Source of the DNA: a virus
Lineage: Duplodnaviria > Caudoviricetes
Strand: one strand, 5' to 3'
Length of the DNA stretch: 64,000 nucleotides
Virus record (IMG/VR): IMGVR_UViG_3300031420_000495
Location: 128,001-192,000 of that record
Positions 1 to 10,347 of this stretch are shown here, one piece after another. How positions within the stretch are numbered: position 1 is the stretch's first letter; each line of letters starts with the position of its first letter. Both the position numbers and the translations under genes were made by a program. A model generated the notes under the pieces. The model saw only the letters and a list, made by a program, of their open reading frames with translations. It was not told the DNA's origin and ran no database searches.

Positions 1-1043
1 CCACGGAACGCACGCATGATTTCCTTGAAGTTCTCATGGTCGCGGTGTGCTGCGGCCATGTCTTTTGCGGTGCGGTCGAAACCGCGGCCGAGTCCTGCCA
101 GCTCTTCGACATACGAACGCGTACGCTCGATTTCGCCGAAGATGATCTTCTCGACGTCGATGATCGGCTGGATGTCGCGGCCGGTCATGGCGAACGCTGC
201 TTTCAGGTCGTCCGACTGGTCGGCCAACACTGCGCGAGCGACGTCACGCCAACGAGTGAACGTGACCGAGTGATGCAGGTCGCAGTACCACTTCGTCTTG
301 GCCTTCCACATCTGGCCGTCGTCCGTTTGCAGGATCACACCTTCGATGCCCTCGCGAGTCAGTTGCATCTCGCGAATTTTCTCGTAGTCGACCACACCAT
401 CAGTGCTGAACTGGTCGATGATGTTCGGCACGACCGGGAACGGGCACATGTTCGATTCTTGATCCATGCCGCTTGCCGGCGTGTATGCACCGGTGATGTT
501 GTTGCGGACTTGCAACAGCGTCAGCTCGTCTTTCTCGTACAGCAGCACGATCGGGAACCGCGGCGACGTCCACTCGAAAGTCGGCGTCCAGCCGTAGCTC
601 AGCAGGTTGCGGACCCAGTTCACACGACGCTCGTTCTTGTACAAGAACTCGGTTGCAGCGATTGCTTCGGCCGAGTCGAACGTCTTCTTCGTCTTGCCAA
701 CGATCTTGCCGTTGTCATTGACGAACGTAATCATCGAGCCGTCACGCTTGTCCATAATCCGCGTGATCTTGTCCCACGGAATCAGGTGCGGCTGCGTGTC
801 TTCGTTCTCGCCGATGTTCTGGAACTTGTGCAGCGTACGCGATACGACTTTGCCGCTCGCGGTATCGAACGTGATGCCACGGCATTCCTTCCACCACTCT
901 TCGTGCTCGCCGCGGAACGTGTCCTCGTCCTGCAGCATGTAGCAGACGATGGTCGTACCGTTCGGTTGCTCTTGCACACGGAACTGCGGGTTGTCCTGAA
1001 CGAACGGTAACAGGTCGTTGATGTGTCGGATTACTGGAAACAT
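1..1043 (-). CDS. RNA ligase, T4 Rnl1 family (3' end runs off window)
   Basis: Not in ORF track; translated by hand from ATG at 1043: MFPVIRHINDLL...KECRGITFD...TLHKFQNIGE...IMDKRDGSMI. This gives ECRG, KFxN and the KxDGS adenylation motif typical of Rnl1. Confidence 0.88.
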   Translation of the reverse strand, partial: MFPVIRHINDLLPFVQDNPQFRVQEQPNGTTIVCYMLQDEDTFRGEHEEWWKECRGITFDTASGKVVSRTLHKFQNIGENEDTQPHLIPWDKITRIMDKRDGSMITFVNDNGKIVGKTKKTFDSAEAIAATEFLYKNERRVNWVRNLLSYGWTPTFEWTSPRFPIVLLYEKDELTLLQVRNNITGAYTPASGMDQESNMCPFPVVPNIIDQFSTDGVVDYEKIREMQLTREGIEGVILQTDDGQMWKAKTKWYCDLHHSVTFTRWRDVARAVLADQSDDLKAAFAMTGRDIQPIIDVEKIIFGEIERTRSYVEELAGLGRGFDRTAKDMAAAHRDHENFKEIMRAFR

Positions 1044-1044
1044 T

Positions 1045-1422
1045 TTATGCTCTCATCAAAAGGTGTGCAGGCCAGAACAGTCGACGCTTACCGTCTTCGT
1101 GCACAACTGCTGCACACCATTCCGTTTCGGTGCTTCTTGGATTCTGTGCGAACTTCTCGACTTTCCACTTGCCTTCGTAACCATACACGGTCACGGTATC
1201 GCCGATTTCGTAGAGACCGTTTTTGCCCCTGAACGCGTACATCTCGACCTTGAATCGGGAGACGATGTCGTCCGGCGAACGGTAGCCGAGTGTATGAAGC
1301 GCATGGTCGATGACCACCAGCTTTTCGTCGTCGAATGCGACGACATCATACACAAAGAACGATCCGTCATTGATGTCCGGAAAAGTTCGTACGACGTGCC
1401 CTACGGAATAATTGATACTCAT
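1045..1422 (-). CDS. hypothetical protein (125 aa)
   Basis: ORF abutting the ligase start; early promoter upstream. Confidence 0.75.
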   Translation of the reverse strand: MSINYSVGHVVRTFPDINDGSFFVYDVVAFDDEKLVVIDHALHTLGYRSPDDIVSRFKVEMYAFRGKNGLYEIGDTVTVYGYEGKWKVEKFAQNPRSTETEWCAAVVHEDGKRRLFWPAHLLMRA

Positions 1423-1451
1423 GATTTTGTCTTTGTTGGGTTGATGTAGAG

Positions 1452-1480
1452 ATTATACACGCAACCCAAACAAATGCACA
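1452..1480 (-). promoter_or_regulatory. early-type promoter TGTGCA-N17-TATAAT
   Basis: Minus strand reads tgtgca tttgtttgggttgcgtg tataat; same geometry recurs at 7 loci. Confidence 0.75.
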
Positions 1481-1483
1481 GCG

Positions 1484-1756
1484 TTATTGCGCTTCTTCGT
1501 CGTCTGCTACGACTGCCGTCGTAGGTCCAGCTTTCGTGGTTGTGGTGCTGTGTGGACAGCGAGTGACGAGCATGGTCACGCTGTCGTACGGTGGCTTGCC
1601 AGTCACGAAGAACGTCTTGCAGTCGCTGAGACCGGTCGGCATGTTCATCTTGATTTCGGACGCAGGTGCGACCGCGACTTCTTCCGATGCGTGATCTGAC
1701 TCGTCGCAGCTCGCGAGCATGAGAACTGCGAGTGCGGCAATTATGATGGATTTCAT
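1484..1756 (-). CDS. putative lipoprotein
   Basis: MKSIIIAALAVLMLAS-C signal peptide with lipobox. Confidence 0.75.
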   Translation of the reverse strand: MKSIIIAALAVLMLASCDESDHASEEVAVAPASEIKMNMPTGLSDCKTFFVTGKPPYDSVTMLVTRCPHSTTTTKAGPTTAVVADDEEAQ

Positions 1757-2031
1757 ACTTGCACCTCTGGCTTCAGCACGTAACGCTTGCCGACCTTGTT
1801 GGTGTATGCGTGGAAGAAACTGTGCTTGGGCACATAGAACCAGCCGTTGTATTTGGTGCCGCTGGTGCTGAAGACTTCGGACCAGTAGCCGCGATACTTG
1901 CGACGACCTTGATCGTCTTTCGCGTCATAATCCAGACCGTTCGACTCGACAACGAACCGTTGCAGTTCGGTGAACGTCAGGCCTTCAGGGAATTGTTTGA
2001 GGTGTTTGAGAAGTTCTTGGGTTGTCGCCAT
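1753..2031 (-). CDS. hypothetical protein (92 aa)
   Basis: ORF with 4-nt ATGA overlap into next gene; promoter upstream. Confidence 0.75.
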   Translation of the reverse strand: MATTQELLKHLKQFPEGLTFTELQRFVVESNGLDYDAKDDQGRRKYRGYWSEVFSTSGTKYNGWFYVPKHSFFHAYTNKVGKRYVLKPEVQV

Positions 2032-2060
2032 TATTTTTCTCCAGAAAGAGTATAACGCAG

Positions 2061-2089
2061 ATTATACTTCGATCCGGAGAAAATGTACA
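2061..2089 (-). promoter_or_regulatory. early-type promoter TGTACA-N17-TATAAT
   Basis: Minus strand reads tgtaca ttttctccggatcgaag tataat. Confidence 0.7.
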
Positions 2090-2254
2090 TCAATGATTTA
2101 CAGCGTATGCTCCAAGTGCAATTGCAAGAATCACAACTTCACCGATAAGCAGGCCGATGACATACTGTTTGAGTTTGTTGATCTGCTCAGTTTGTTTTGC
2201 GTCAAGTTCATTTACAGCTGTGCTGGTGACCGCTTCGTTGCTATAGATTTTCAT
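2090..2254 (-). CDS. small membrane protein (54 aa, C-terminal TM)
   Basis: Hand translation MKIYSNEAVTSTAVNELDAKQTEQINKLKQYVIGLLIGEVVILAIALGAYAVNH*; fills the gap, purine-rich RBS upstream; below ORF-track cutoff. Confidence 0.65.
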   Translation of the reverse strand: MKIYSNEAVTSTAVNELDAKQTEQINKLKQYVIGLLIGEVVILAIALGAYAVNH

Positions 2255-2263
2255 GTGTCATTC

Positions 2264-3010
2264 CTATTCGTAAACAATGTCGCCCTTAATCAGAGTGACA
2301 GGTGTTTGATGTTGTATGTTTATTGGTGTTACGTTAACTGCAGGTGATTTGTACGATGCAGATTCTTTCAGCACTTCACCGAAACGCTTTTCCGATTCAG
2401 CAGCAATATCGGCCAGCGTGATGCGAACCGGTTTTGCTGGTGAAGGCTTTGCCTTCGGAACTTTTTGTTCTTTGACAACTTTTGGTTCTACCTTCTTCTC
2501 TGGGCGATACAACTCTGTTCCGTCCTGGCTTGCTGCTTCCGCCATCAGGCTCTTTGGCCGCGATGCGATCGTTTGCTTCTGTGTAGGCTTAAGCGGATCG
2601 ATTGGGCGCGATGGAAGCGGCTGAGGTTTTTCAGGCGTCTTAGGCAATGCACCGCCTTCGCCTTCCCAAGTTTCAGTTTGCTTTGGGCGCTGTGTTGGGC
2701 GAGCCGGCTGTTGATCTTCAGCGGCAATCATCGGCTCACGTGTACCGATTTCAACAGTGCGTTTGATCGGTGTGAACAGGCGATTGTTGACGATGACTTC
2801 CACACGGAAATCATATTCACCAGCTGTCATGCTTTCAGGAATCTTTACTTCCGCGTACCAGTCTTCGTCAGTTCCACCGAGAAGTTTCTCGGCAGCAAAG
2901 CCGAGCTCGTGCTCGCGGTTACCTATGACCAGGCGAACTGTCGGCTCGGCTTTGGTGCCGTTTACACCAACCTTGAATTTGACTTCGTTTGCTTTACCAA
3001 TCTCTAACAT
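2264..3010 (-). CDS. hypothetical protein, Pro/Lys-rich linker (probably late)
   Basis: 248-aa ORF, GGAG RBS, TAAATA box at 3032-3037. Confidence 0.75.
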   Translation of the reverse strand: MLEIGKANEVKFKVGVNGTKAEPTVRLVIGNREHELGFAAEKLLGGTDEDWYAEVKIPESMTAGEYDFRVEVIVNNRLFTPIKRTVEIGTREPMIAAEDQQPARPTQRPKQTETWEGEGGALPKTPEKPQPLPSRPIDPLKPTQKQTIASRPKSLMAEAASQDGTELYRPEKKVEPKVVKEQKVPKAKPSPAKPVRITLADIAAESEKRFGEVLKESASYKSPAVNVTPINIQHQTPVTLIKGDIVYE

Positions 3011-3011
3011 T

Positions 3012-3395
3012 TCAAATCTCCATTTCCGAGATATTTACACTTATCTCCGGACCTTCATTTATTTCAAGATTGGTTACCACGACAAAGTCGAGACGCTGTG
3101 TATTTTCGATTGTCTCGCTGCCAACCATACCAAAGATTTCCGCTCGCACGGTGATGTACGGCTGATCGACTGGAGGCAGATTCTGCCTGTCCATTTGCGG
3201 CGCGATGTACGGCTTGAAGTCCATGCCAGGACGAATCGTCGATCCACCCGAATGCGGACGTGGTGTTGGCTTTGGTGGCACGACAATAACGTCGTGCCCT
3301 GCTTCATGAATCAACCGCGCAAGAACTTTCGCTCGCTGTTTTCCGCAGAAACCATCGATTCGCCCAGTTCCGATTGTGCAGTAGTTGATTGACAT
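3012..3395 (-). CDS. hypothetical virion-associated protein
   Basis: Likely start MSINYCTIG at 3395 (TAATG coupling with upstream gene); lies in the structural gene run. Confidence 0.65.
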   Translation of the reverse strand: MSINYCTIGTGRIDGFCGKQRAKVLARLIHEAGHDVIVVPPKPTPRPHSGGSTIRPGMDFKPYIAPQMDRQNLPPVDQPYITVRAEIFGMVGSETIENTQRLDFVVVTNLEINEGPEISVNISEMEI

Positions 3396-3934
3396 TATGC
3401 GGCCGGTGTTTGTTGAGCAGCAACCCACTCAAGATAAGTTTGCGGCCAACCAGTACTGAAGTCGTAGTCCATTGGCGTTTCGTCATCCAAAATCATGTGC
3501 TGACGGTGATATTCAGCTTGCGCGAAAATCTTCTGGTCTTGTGCAATCGTGCCCTGGAAAATCTGCGATGCAAGTGTTGGTGTCATTGCAACAAATGTGC
3601 CTTGCATGGTTTTCCACATGATGCCAGGAGGCATGTTCGCACCGAGCATTGTGAGTGCAATTTGTTGAATGCGTGACGTGTCATCGGAGTGGAACCAGTT
3701 GTCTCCGATATGTACACCGCCAGCTTTTCGTTTGTCACGCTCTGCTTGGATGCGAAGCCACATTTCAGTGCGTGCTACATCAAGTGCAACTGAGTCCAAA
3801 GTTTCTTTAGAAGGCAACGGTGCGCTGTCTTCTTCGATCCTGATATTCTCATAGATGCCTGGGTCACCGATAATATGGGCTTGTACAGTTGGAAACTTTG
3901 AACCCAAAATTTCCATGTAGTCTTGAACGATCAT
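3395..3934 (-). CDS. DUF4376-like tail fibre assembly-associated protein
   Basis: WFHSDDTSRIQ...WKTMQGTFVAMT pattern; directly downstream of a large fibre gene. Confidence 0.65.
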   Translation of the reverse strand: MIVQDYMEILGSKFPTVQAHIIGDPGIYENIRIEEDSAPLPSKETLDSVALDVARTEMWLRIQAERDKRKAGGVHIGDNWFHSDDTSRIQQIALTMLGANMPPGIMWKTMQGTFVAMTPTLASQIFQGTIAQDQKIFAQAEYHRQHMILDDETPMDYDFSTGWPQTYLEWVAAQQTPAA

Positions 3935-3942
3935 GATGCTCC

Positions 3943-6900
3943 TTAGATAATTTCAGTCATCGACCAGTGTGAACGGCTTACGCCGCCGATCGAAAGGCCG
4001 GATGTACGACCGAGGTACCAAGTACCTGCAGCGTTACCACCGATACGGATCGAGTAAGTTTGCGAAGTCGTAACGCCTGGAGTATCTATGATTCGTACGG
4101 AGAATGTTTCCGGCATACTAACAGTTGAGCTACCAGCTGCTGCTTGAGTTGCAGAAACCACGGCACCAATACATGTTGTACCACGGAAGAACGAGAGGAA
4201 CACACCGCCATTGAAGCTAGTGTCAATGATGCCAGAGAACTCGATGATAATGCGTGATGCTGTCGATGCAGGCGTGATAACTTGAGAAACAAGTTGCGTT
4301 CCCTGTGAAGTCGTTGGCGCAGATGTCGCTGTCAACGGGATTGTTGATGTTCCGCTCTGCGATGCAATCGAACCAGAATACATCAGGTTCATACGGTCAG
4401 TCGTTACGTCCCCACCAGTTACAATACCTTTGGTATTGACAGTGACTCGGTCGTATGTACCAGCAGCAACAACATCTGTCAAGTTGGTTGGAACCGTAAT
4501 ATCAGCAGTACCATCGAAAGCGACACCGTTGATCGTGCGAGCAGTTGCCAGTTTGGTTGCGTTTGCAGCCAGAGTAGCAGTCGATGCGTTACCGTTCAGA
4601 GCTGCTGTGATAGTACCAGCAGAGAAGTTTCCGCTTGCATCGCGGCCAACAACAGTGCTTGCGGTGTTTGCAGAAGTAACGTTCGAGACGTTCACGGCAT
4701 CGGTGATACCGTAACCAGCCAACGTGGTTGGATTTGTACCAGCAGTTACACGACCTTGCGCGTCTGTCGTAACCGAGCGGAATGTGCCTGCGGTACCAAC
4801 AGATGGAAGCGAGATTGTTGGATTGCCAGCAATACCATCACCGTTTGTAATCGTGATGCCTGTACCAGCAGTGATTGCGCGAGTTGCCCAGGTATCGGCC
4901 GCAGTGCGAACCGCGATACCGTTTGTTGCGAGACCTTCAACAGCTGCCAAGTCATTTGCAAGAGCGAACGTCAGCGTACCGGTTGATGTGATCGTGCCAC
5001 CCGTAATTGTCAGACCTGCCGTAGGTGCTGCTGCCGAAATAGACATGACGCCAGTGTTAATGTTGACTACACCAGTTTGACCGTTGACCGAAAGAACTGC
5101 GTCAGTCGGAGTCAGAAGTTCTTGCCAGTTCGCCAGGACGTTTGCACCAGGCGCACGCAGGATGAACGAGCGATTCAGGTCGGTACGTACAGCGACGTCA
5201 CCAACTTCTGCACCAGCGATCGTAAGCATCGCAGCTTGCGAAGCCACAACGAACGTATCAGTGATTGCCAGAGCTGGAAGTTGCGATGATGTCAGTTTGC
5301 CATCAGAGCCAAGAGTTGCGATACCATTGACTGCACCAACTTGTGAGCTTGAAACTGCGTCAGTGATGCCGTAACCAACGAGCGTGGTTGGGCGAGTACC
5401 CGAGACAACGCGACCAAACGTGTCGGTTGTTACGAGACCGTATGTTCCAGGTGTTCCGACAGTTGCCAGATTGATAACAGGATCAGCAGTCGAGCCAGCG
5501 CCAGTCGTGATGACGATGTTGCCAGATGCGCCGGTCAGTGTTCGTGTAGCCCAAGCGTCAGCACCAGTGCGAACAGCGAAACCAATCGTTGTCAGTGCTT
5601 CAAGTGCGGCCAAGTCTTTTTCCAGACCGATGATGACGTTGCCGCCAACACCAGTTCCGTTTGTCGTTACAAGACCGTCGTTCGGAGTTGTGATCGAACG
5701 AGTTGCCCACGTGTCTGTACCCGCGCGAACTGCGAAACCAGTCGTTGCCAGGTTTTCAACAGCTGCAAGGTCGTTGCCAAGGCTGATCGTAGGATTGCCA
5801 CCAACACCAGAACCGTTCGTGACAATTACACCGGCAGCAGGTCCAATCAGGCTGCGAGTCGTTGCAGTGCTTTCACCAGTGATGACGAAAATTCCGTTAC
5901 CGTTCAGATCGGCAAGAGTTGTCAGCAGGTCATCTTTGAACTGCGCGTCGGTAATACCGTAGCCGCTCAGGGTCGATGGCGCATTCGTGATCGATGTCCA
6001 ATCGAGTGTTGCGCTACCCGAAGTTACACGACCGAATGTATCGGTTGTAACTTGTGCGTATGTTCCTGCAGTTCCGGCTGGTGCCAGGTCAATAGTTGGA
6101 TTTCCAGCTTGTGCATCACCGTTTGTAACGTTGATACGTCCGCCTGCGCCTTGAATAGAACGTGTCAGCCAAACGTGAGTCGTTTGATCTGCACTGTGGC
6201 CATGCACAGCGAGACCCGCACCAGTGATCGCAGTCAACGCGGTGAGTTCAGCATTGACAGGCTGGAAGCCGGTAATCTGGTGGGTGTGGTCAGCACGAGC
6301 GAGGAAGTTCGTTACGCCAGTTGTATTTGCAGATGCAGCAGTCAGTGTGATAGCTGGACCAGTCGGGATCGGGTCAGCACCGTTCGGGGTGTGACGTGAA
6401 CCGTGTGCATTGAACCGGATGCCATTGATTTCATCGAGGTTCGTAATGTCGTTGCCACCGAGATTCAGGTCACCAGTCAATGCACGCTGGCCGGTAGCCA
6501 ACATATACTGCGGGTGATCGTCATCTTCAAGACCAAGCAAGTCGCCGTGGTGAAGTGTGCCGCCAGAAGTTCCCTGGATTGCACGCATGAACATCGGGCG
6601 GATGTCAAGGATTTCGATGATTGAATCCACACCTTGACGCATGACCAGTGCTGCGATAGCAGGCGTTGCATCAGGTGCAACACGTGGAACCGGGATCGGT
6701 GCAGTGCGGGCTTCGTCTTCTGTTGCGTATTCAACTTGACCGTGCGACAGATAGTAAGTCTGGAATGGACCTTCCGAAACAGTGTACAACGCGTGCTTCG
6801 TATAGTATCCAGGCGTCATCGGCACGAGGTCAGTACCATTGTCGATGGTATCGTTCGGAACCTGTTGAACGAATGTCGATGCAACTTGTCCACCTGCACG

Positions 6901-8895
6901 GTGCAGGTCGACCATGAATGGTGCAGTCTTTTCAGACGGACGTGATGGCGAAGTTCCGTAGTAGAACATACCGGCCGACACGTTGATTGCACGTGGGATG
7001 GTTGGGTTTTCAGTAACGATCGAACCAGAAACAAACACTGGGCCTACTGCATCGCGCAGATAGGTTTCAATGACGTTACCGTGATTCTTGATGTCAATTG
7101 TCAGCGCACCGATACTTACGATCGAATCAGCGCTTGCACTTGCACGACCAAGGTGGATGGTCGTGTAGTTGTCCGTCATCGTTGCCGATGTCAGAACAGC
7201 TCCATTCTTGTTGACGTACACATACGTCGATTCACCAGGTGCAAGAGTGATAGTGGTTGCTGGCCATGAAACACGAGTGACGTTACCATCCTTGCGGAGA
7301 TAACCAGCACCGGCAGTTACAGCTACAGTTCGGCCACCAGCTGGCGTAAGATCGCCGCCTTCGAGAAGACCCAGTGGTGCAGTCTCGATGATGAGGTCAG
7401 TTACGTCTGTCAACAGCGATTGTGTTGCGCCAAGATTCAGTTTACCGACGATGTTGATACCCTGGACCAGTGGGTCCAGATACATGATCGAAATTTCATC
7501 GGAAGCTGAGTATACTTTCGAAGCGGCGGCAATACCTTGGAATGCACCATGGCATTCTGGATGTTCGATGCGAAGGTCGGTTGTGTTGGATTCAAGACCG
7601 ATCGTGTAGCAGTTGAGCATCGGCGGTGCGCCGGCGTTCTCAACCCAGATTGCGGTTTCAAAACCACGGAACGTCGTGCCAACTGTACGGAATGTACCAC
7701 CGTCACGCAGGTGGATACCTGTTCCGTTTGGTGCGCCTGATGAAGTGCGGAACAACGAACCCATGATGACAGCTTCAGCACCTGTACCAGAAATGTAACC
7801 GAACTTGGTTGCATACGGTGGAAGCGATCCACGTGTCGTGCACGAACGCATCAACAGACGTGCGGTACCGCCGTTTGTCGATTCGACATAGAAACCGATG
7901 TCATACGGCTGCGATCCACCGAATTGGCAATTCGACATGTAAAGTGCGGTATAGCTGCCGGAAGATGATACTGTAACGTTGCGGGCATTGCGACCGAAGC
8001 GAACAGCTTCGACGAAGAACGAACGCGTGACCTGGTTCATCTCTGCGTTGTCGAAACGAATCGCGCTTGCGTTAGGTCCGTATGAATCGCCAAGAGCAAT
8101 GTTCTCGATCGACGAGTCGATAACGGCCAGGATCAGGTCAGCATTTGGATTCAGCGAGTGTACGATTACAGAAGTTGAATTGTCACCAACAACCGAAACG
8201 TAACGTTTCATCTGAATTGGGTTGTCTTCGTAATACGAACCGCCCGCCACTTTGATGACGTAACGATTCTCTACAGCAGCATCGGTGATGCTTGCGATTG
8301 CAGCTTTGATCGAGGCGAACTGGCCTGGACCTGGATTCTTTTGAACAATGAGAGTGTTCTTCGTGCTGAGACGAAGATCGCGTTCGCGTACGAACGATTC
8401 CCATTCTCCAGCGACAGCACCTTCAAACTGTGCTGTTTCAGAGTTGAAACGCATCTTGCCAGGGCCGGCAGTTGGACGCTGCGCAGTCGTTCCAGATGTC
8501 AGTGTGATCGCACCTGTTCCTGGCAACACAATGTTGTCAGCAAGTCCGATACTAAATTTACCTCCTGCACCGCCGTCGATTGTGACGACCTGATTTGCGG
8601 TTCCAACTACTTGACGTGAAGATGCACGAAGCGGGCCTTCATCTTCGCTGGTCAACAGAGAAATGTTGAAACGTTCGTCAGTATACGAAACAGCATCGGT
8701 GATACCGTATGCAGAGATAGTCGTTGGATTTTCGCCATGGATGACGCGACCCTGTTCATTGACAGTGACACGTGTATAAGTACCACCACCAACCCCGGTA
8801 GGATTCAATTGTTCATCAGTAACCGCGGCTGGCGCGATGTCTTCCGTCTCGATGGTGAAGTCGAGAATTTGCTTACCTGGAATGTGTGTCTTCAC
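3943..8895 (-). CDS. large tail fibre/virion fibre protein with internal beta-helix-like domain (1650 aa)
   Basis: GTG start. Repeated GTxGTYxxVTTDxxGRVxxGxxPTTLxGYGITDA and LxxDLAAxExLxTxGxAVRxxxDxWATR units; LATARTINGVAFDGTADI motif. Confidence 0.85.
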   Translation of the reverse strand: MKTHIPGKQILDFTIETEDIAPAAVTDEQLNPTGVGGGTYTRVTVNEQGRVIHGENPTTISAYGITDAVSYTDERFNISLLTSEDEGPLRASSRQVVGTANQVVTIDGGAGGKFSIGLADNIVLPGTGAITLTSGTTAQRPTAGPGKMRFNSETAQFEGAVAGEWESFVRERDLRLSTKNTLIVQKNPGPGQFASIKAAIASITDAAVENRYVIKVAGGSYYEDNPIQMKRYVSVVGDNSTSVIVHSLNPNADLILAVIDSSIENIALGDSYGPNASAIRFDNAEMNQVTRSFFVEAVRFGRNARNVTVSSSGSYTALYMSNCQFGGSQPYDIGFYVESTNGGTARLLMRSCTTRGSLPPYATKFGYISGTGAEAVIMGSLFRTSSGAPNGTGIHLRDGGTFRTVGTTFRGFETAIWVENAGAPPMLNCYTIGLESNTTDLRIEHPECHGAFQGIAAASKVYSASDEISIMYLDPLVQGINIVGKLNLGATQSLLTDVTDLIIETAPLGLLEGGDLTPAGGRTVAVTAGAGYLRKDGNVTRVSWPATTITLAPGESTYVYVNKNGAVLTSATMTDNYTTIHLGRASASADSIVSIGALTIDIKNHGNVIETYLRDAVGPVFVSGSIVTENPTIPRAINVSAGMFYYGTSPSRPSEKTAPFMVDLHRAGGQVASTFVQQVPNDTIDNGTDLVPMTPGYYTKHALYTVSEGPFQTYYLSHGQVEYATEDEARTAPIPVPRVAPDATPAIAALVMRQGVDSIIEILDIRPMFMRAIQGTSGGTLHHGDLLGLEDDDHPQYMLATGQRALTGDLNLGGNDITNLDEINGIRFNAHGSRHTPNGADPIPTGPAITLTAASANTTGVTNFLARADHTHQITGFQPVNAELTALTAITGAGLAVHGHSADQTTHVWLTRSIQGAGGRINVTNGDAQAGNPTIDLAPAGTAGTYAQVTTDTFGRVTSGSATLDWTSITNAPSTLSGYGITDAQFKDDLLTTLADLNGNGIFVITGESTATTRSLIGPAAGVIVTNGSGVGGNPTISLGNDLAAVENLATTGFAVRAGTDTWATRSITTPNDGLVTTNGTGVGGNVIIGLEKDLAALEALTTIGFAVRTGADAWATRTLTGASGNIVITTGAGSTADPVINLATVGTPGTYGLVTTDTFGRVVSGTRPTTLVGYGITDAVSSSQVGAVNGIATLGSDGKLTSSQLPALAITDTFVVASQAAMLTIAGAEVGDVAVRTDLNRSFILRAPGANVLANWQELLTPTDAVLSVNGQTGVVNINTGVMSISAAAPTAGLTITGGTITSTGTLTFALANDLAAVEGLATNGIAVRTAADTWATRAITAGTGITITNGDGIAGNPTISLPSVGTAGTFRSVTTDAQGRVTAGTNPTTLAGYGITDAVNVSNVTSANTASTVVGRDASGNFSAGTITAALNGNASTATLAANATKLATARTINGVAFDGTADITVPTNLTDVVAAGTYDRVTVNTKGIVTGGDVTTDRMNLMYSGSIASQSGTSTIPLTATSAPTTSQGTQLVSQVITPASTASRIIIEFSGIIDTSFNGGVFLSFFRGTTCIGAVVSATQAAAGSSTVSMPETFSVRIIDTPGVTTSQTYSIRIGGNAAGTWYLGRTSGLSIGGVSRSHWSMTEII

Positions 8896-8916
8896 ACTTA
8901 TGTCCTTCGTTTAAGT

Positions 8917-8939
8917 GAACGGGCCAACATGGCCCGTTC
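8917..8939. terminator. 9-bp GC-rich hairpin (terminator-like)
   Basis: gaacgggcc-aacat-ggcccgttc; T-rich tail on + strand. Confidence 0.55.
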
Positions 8940-8953
8940 TATTTTGTATTAGC

Positions 8954-8960
8954 TATTTAT
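8954..8960 (-). promoter_or_regulatory. T4-like late promoter box ATAAATA
   Basis: Box upstream of the 1650-aa fibre; the same box precedes other structural genes. Confidence 0.55.
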
Positions 8961-10339
8961 TTGAAGTAGCTTACGCGAAGTTTGTCAGTCGGTTCGAGTG
9001 GGAACAGCATGGTGATGGTATCGCCTGCGATCGTGTAGTCATTGCCTGCGCCTGGGTCTTGCAGCAGACCGTTGACGTAAACGCATTCAGTTCCTGCACG
9101 TGGGACAGCTGCCAGGGTGAACGTGTCGTTTACGCCGTCCATTGCACCAGCAGGAGTTTCACGATTGACCATGTCCGCAACGCGGACAACAGTCGCTGGG
9201 TTGATGGAAACCACACCAGCTTCGCTGATCGTTACGTCACCCGACAGAGCAACAGCGACGTTGCCTTCGGCCGTACCCATGATGATCGAACCAGGGTTAA
9301 CTGGTGCCAGCTTGTCGAGGGTTACGGAATCGTCAGCGAGTTCATTCGTGCCAACAACACCAGCGCCGATTGTGGTCGCACCGGTTGCGTCGATCGTGAT
9401 GTCGCCCGAAACAGTCGTGTAGGTTGGTGTGCCATCAGCAGCGGCAACGATGATCTGTCCTGCGCCACCATCAACGAGCTTGGTCAGAGCCAGCGAGTTG
9501 TCTTCGATGGTTGCAGCACCAACTGCACCAGCCGAGATACGTGCAACGCCACCTGCATCGATCGTGATGTCACCAGTGATCAGGCGTGGAGTTGGAACAC
9601 CATCAGCGTCACCAACGAGCATTTGTCCTGGAGCCATGTCGGCCAGTTTCAGACCGCCTTCGCCAACAGTCAGCGATGGACCGTCGAGAACGAGGTCAAC
9701 ACCACCAGCAGTTACATTGAGCGCGTCGGATGCGGAAACGACCGAAACGACGTTACCGACTTTCGCCAGACCAACACCTGCTTGGATGATACCAGCCGAC
9801 GAGAACTGTGCGAATGGAAGTGGGGTCGTGCCGAGTGTGGTTGGACCAGTCGAGGTCAGAACCCAACCAGTGCCAGCAGCTGTGTCACCTTCTTCGACGA
9901 AGGTGAACAGACCAGGTGTTACGTCAGCAGCAGTGGTTGCGTCAGGCGAACGTGTCCAGCCACCAGCCGAAACGACGTAGATACCGTTTGCCAGGTCGCC
10001 AGGTTGTGCAGTCAGCAGAACGCGGTCGCCTGCGACAAGTGCAACACCGTCGATTGTTTGAAGACCGGAAGCAGTGACAGCTTCGGTTGCAACTGCGCGA
10101 ACCGATGCCTTGACGTCCAGACCTTGGGCGGTCGAATCAACGTATGCTTTGGTTGCGAGGTCAGCCGCAGCGACTGGTGCGACACCAGTTACTGGAGCGG
10201 TGAAGCCAACGGAACCATCGCTCTTGACGAGCAGTTCGTTGTCTTGGATTTTTGCGAGCTCGATACCGGCAGCGAGTTCGGTGTTGGTTACGCTGCCTTC
10301 GAGGATTTGCGTATTACCGCGGATTTTGGTCAGTGCCAT
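8957..10339 (-). CDS. virion structural/fibre-like protein (460 aa)
   Basis: ATKAYVDS..GLDVKASVR..GLQTIDGVALVAGDRVLL..NGIYVV domain, also present in fibre 50938-54648. Confidence 0.8.
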   Translation of the reverse strand: MALTKIRGNTQILEGSVTNTELAAGIELAKIQDNELLVKSDGSVGFTAPVTGVAPVAAADLATKAYVDSTAQGLDVKASVRAVATEAVTASGLQTIDGVALVAGDRVLLTAQPGDLANGIYVVSAGGWTRSPDATTAADVTPGLFTFVEEGDTAAGTGWVLTSTGPTTLGTTPLPFAQFSSAGIIQAGVGLAKVGNVVSVVSASDALNVTAGGVDLVLDGPSLTVGEGGLKLADMAPGQMLVGDADGVPTPRLITGDITIDAGGVARISAGAVGAATIEDNSLALTKLVDGGAGQIIVAAADGTPTYTTVSGDITIDATGATTIGAGVVGTNELADDSVTLDKLAPVNPGSIIMGTAEGNVAVALSGDVTISEAGVVSINPATVVRVADMVNRETPAGAMDGVNDTFTLAAVPRAGTECVYVNGLLQDPGAGNDYTIAGDTITMLFPLEPTDKLRVSYFK

Positions 10340-10347
10340 TGAAGAGC

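Noticed and set aside
36-1010. 324-aa plus-strand ORF
   Set aside because: Antisense shadow of the RNA ligase; no recognisable motifs
8915-10342. 475-aa plus-strand ORF, and the 463-aa minus-strand ORF at 46252-47643
   Set aside because: Cys/Arg-rich antisense shadows of fibre genes
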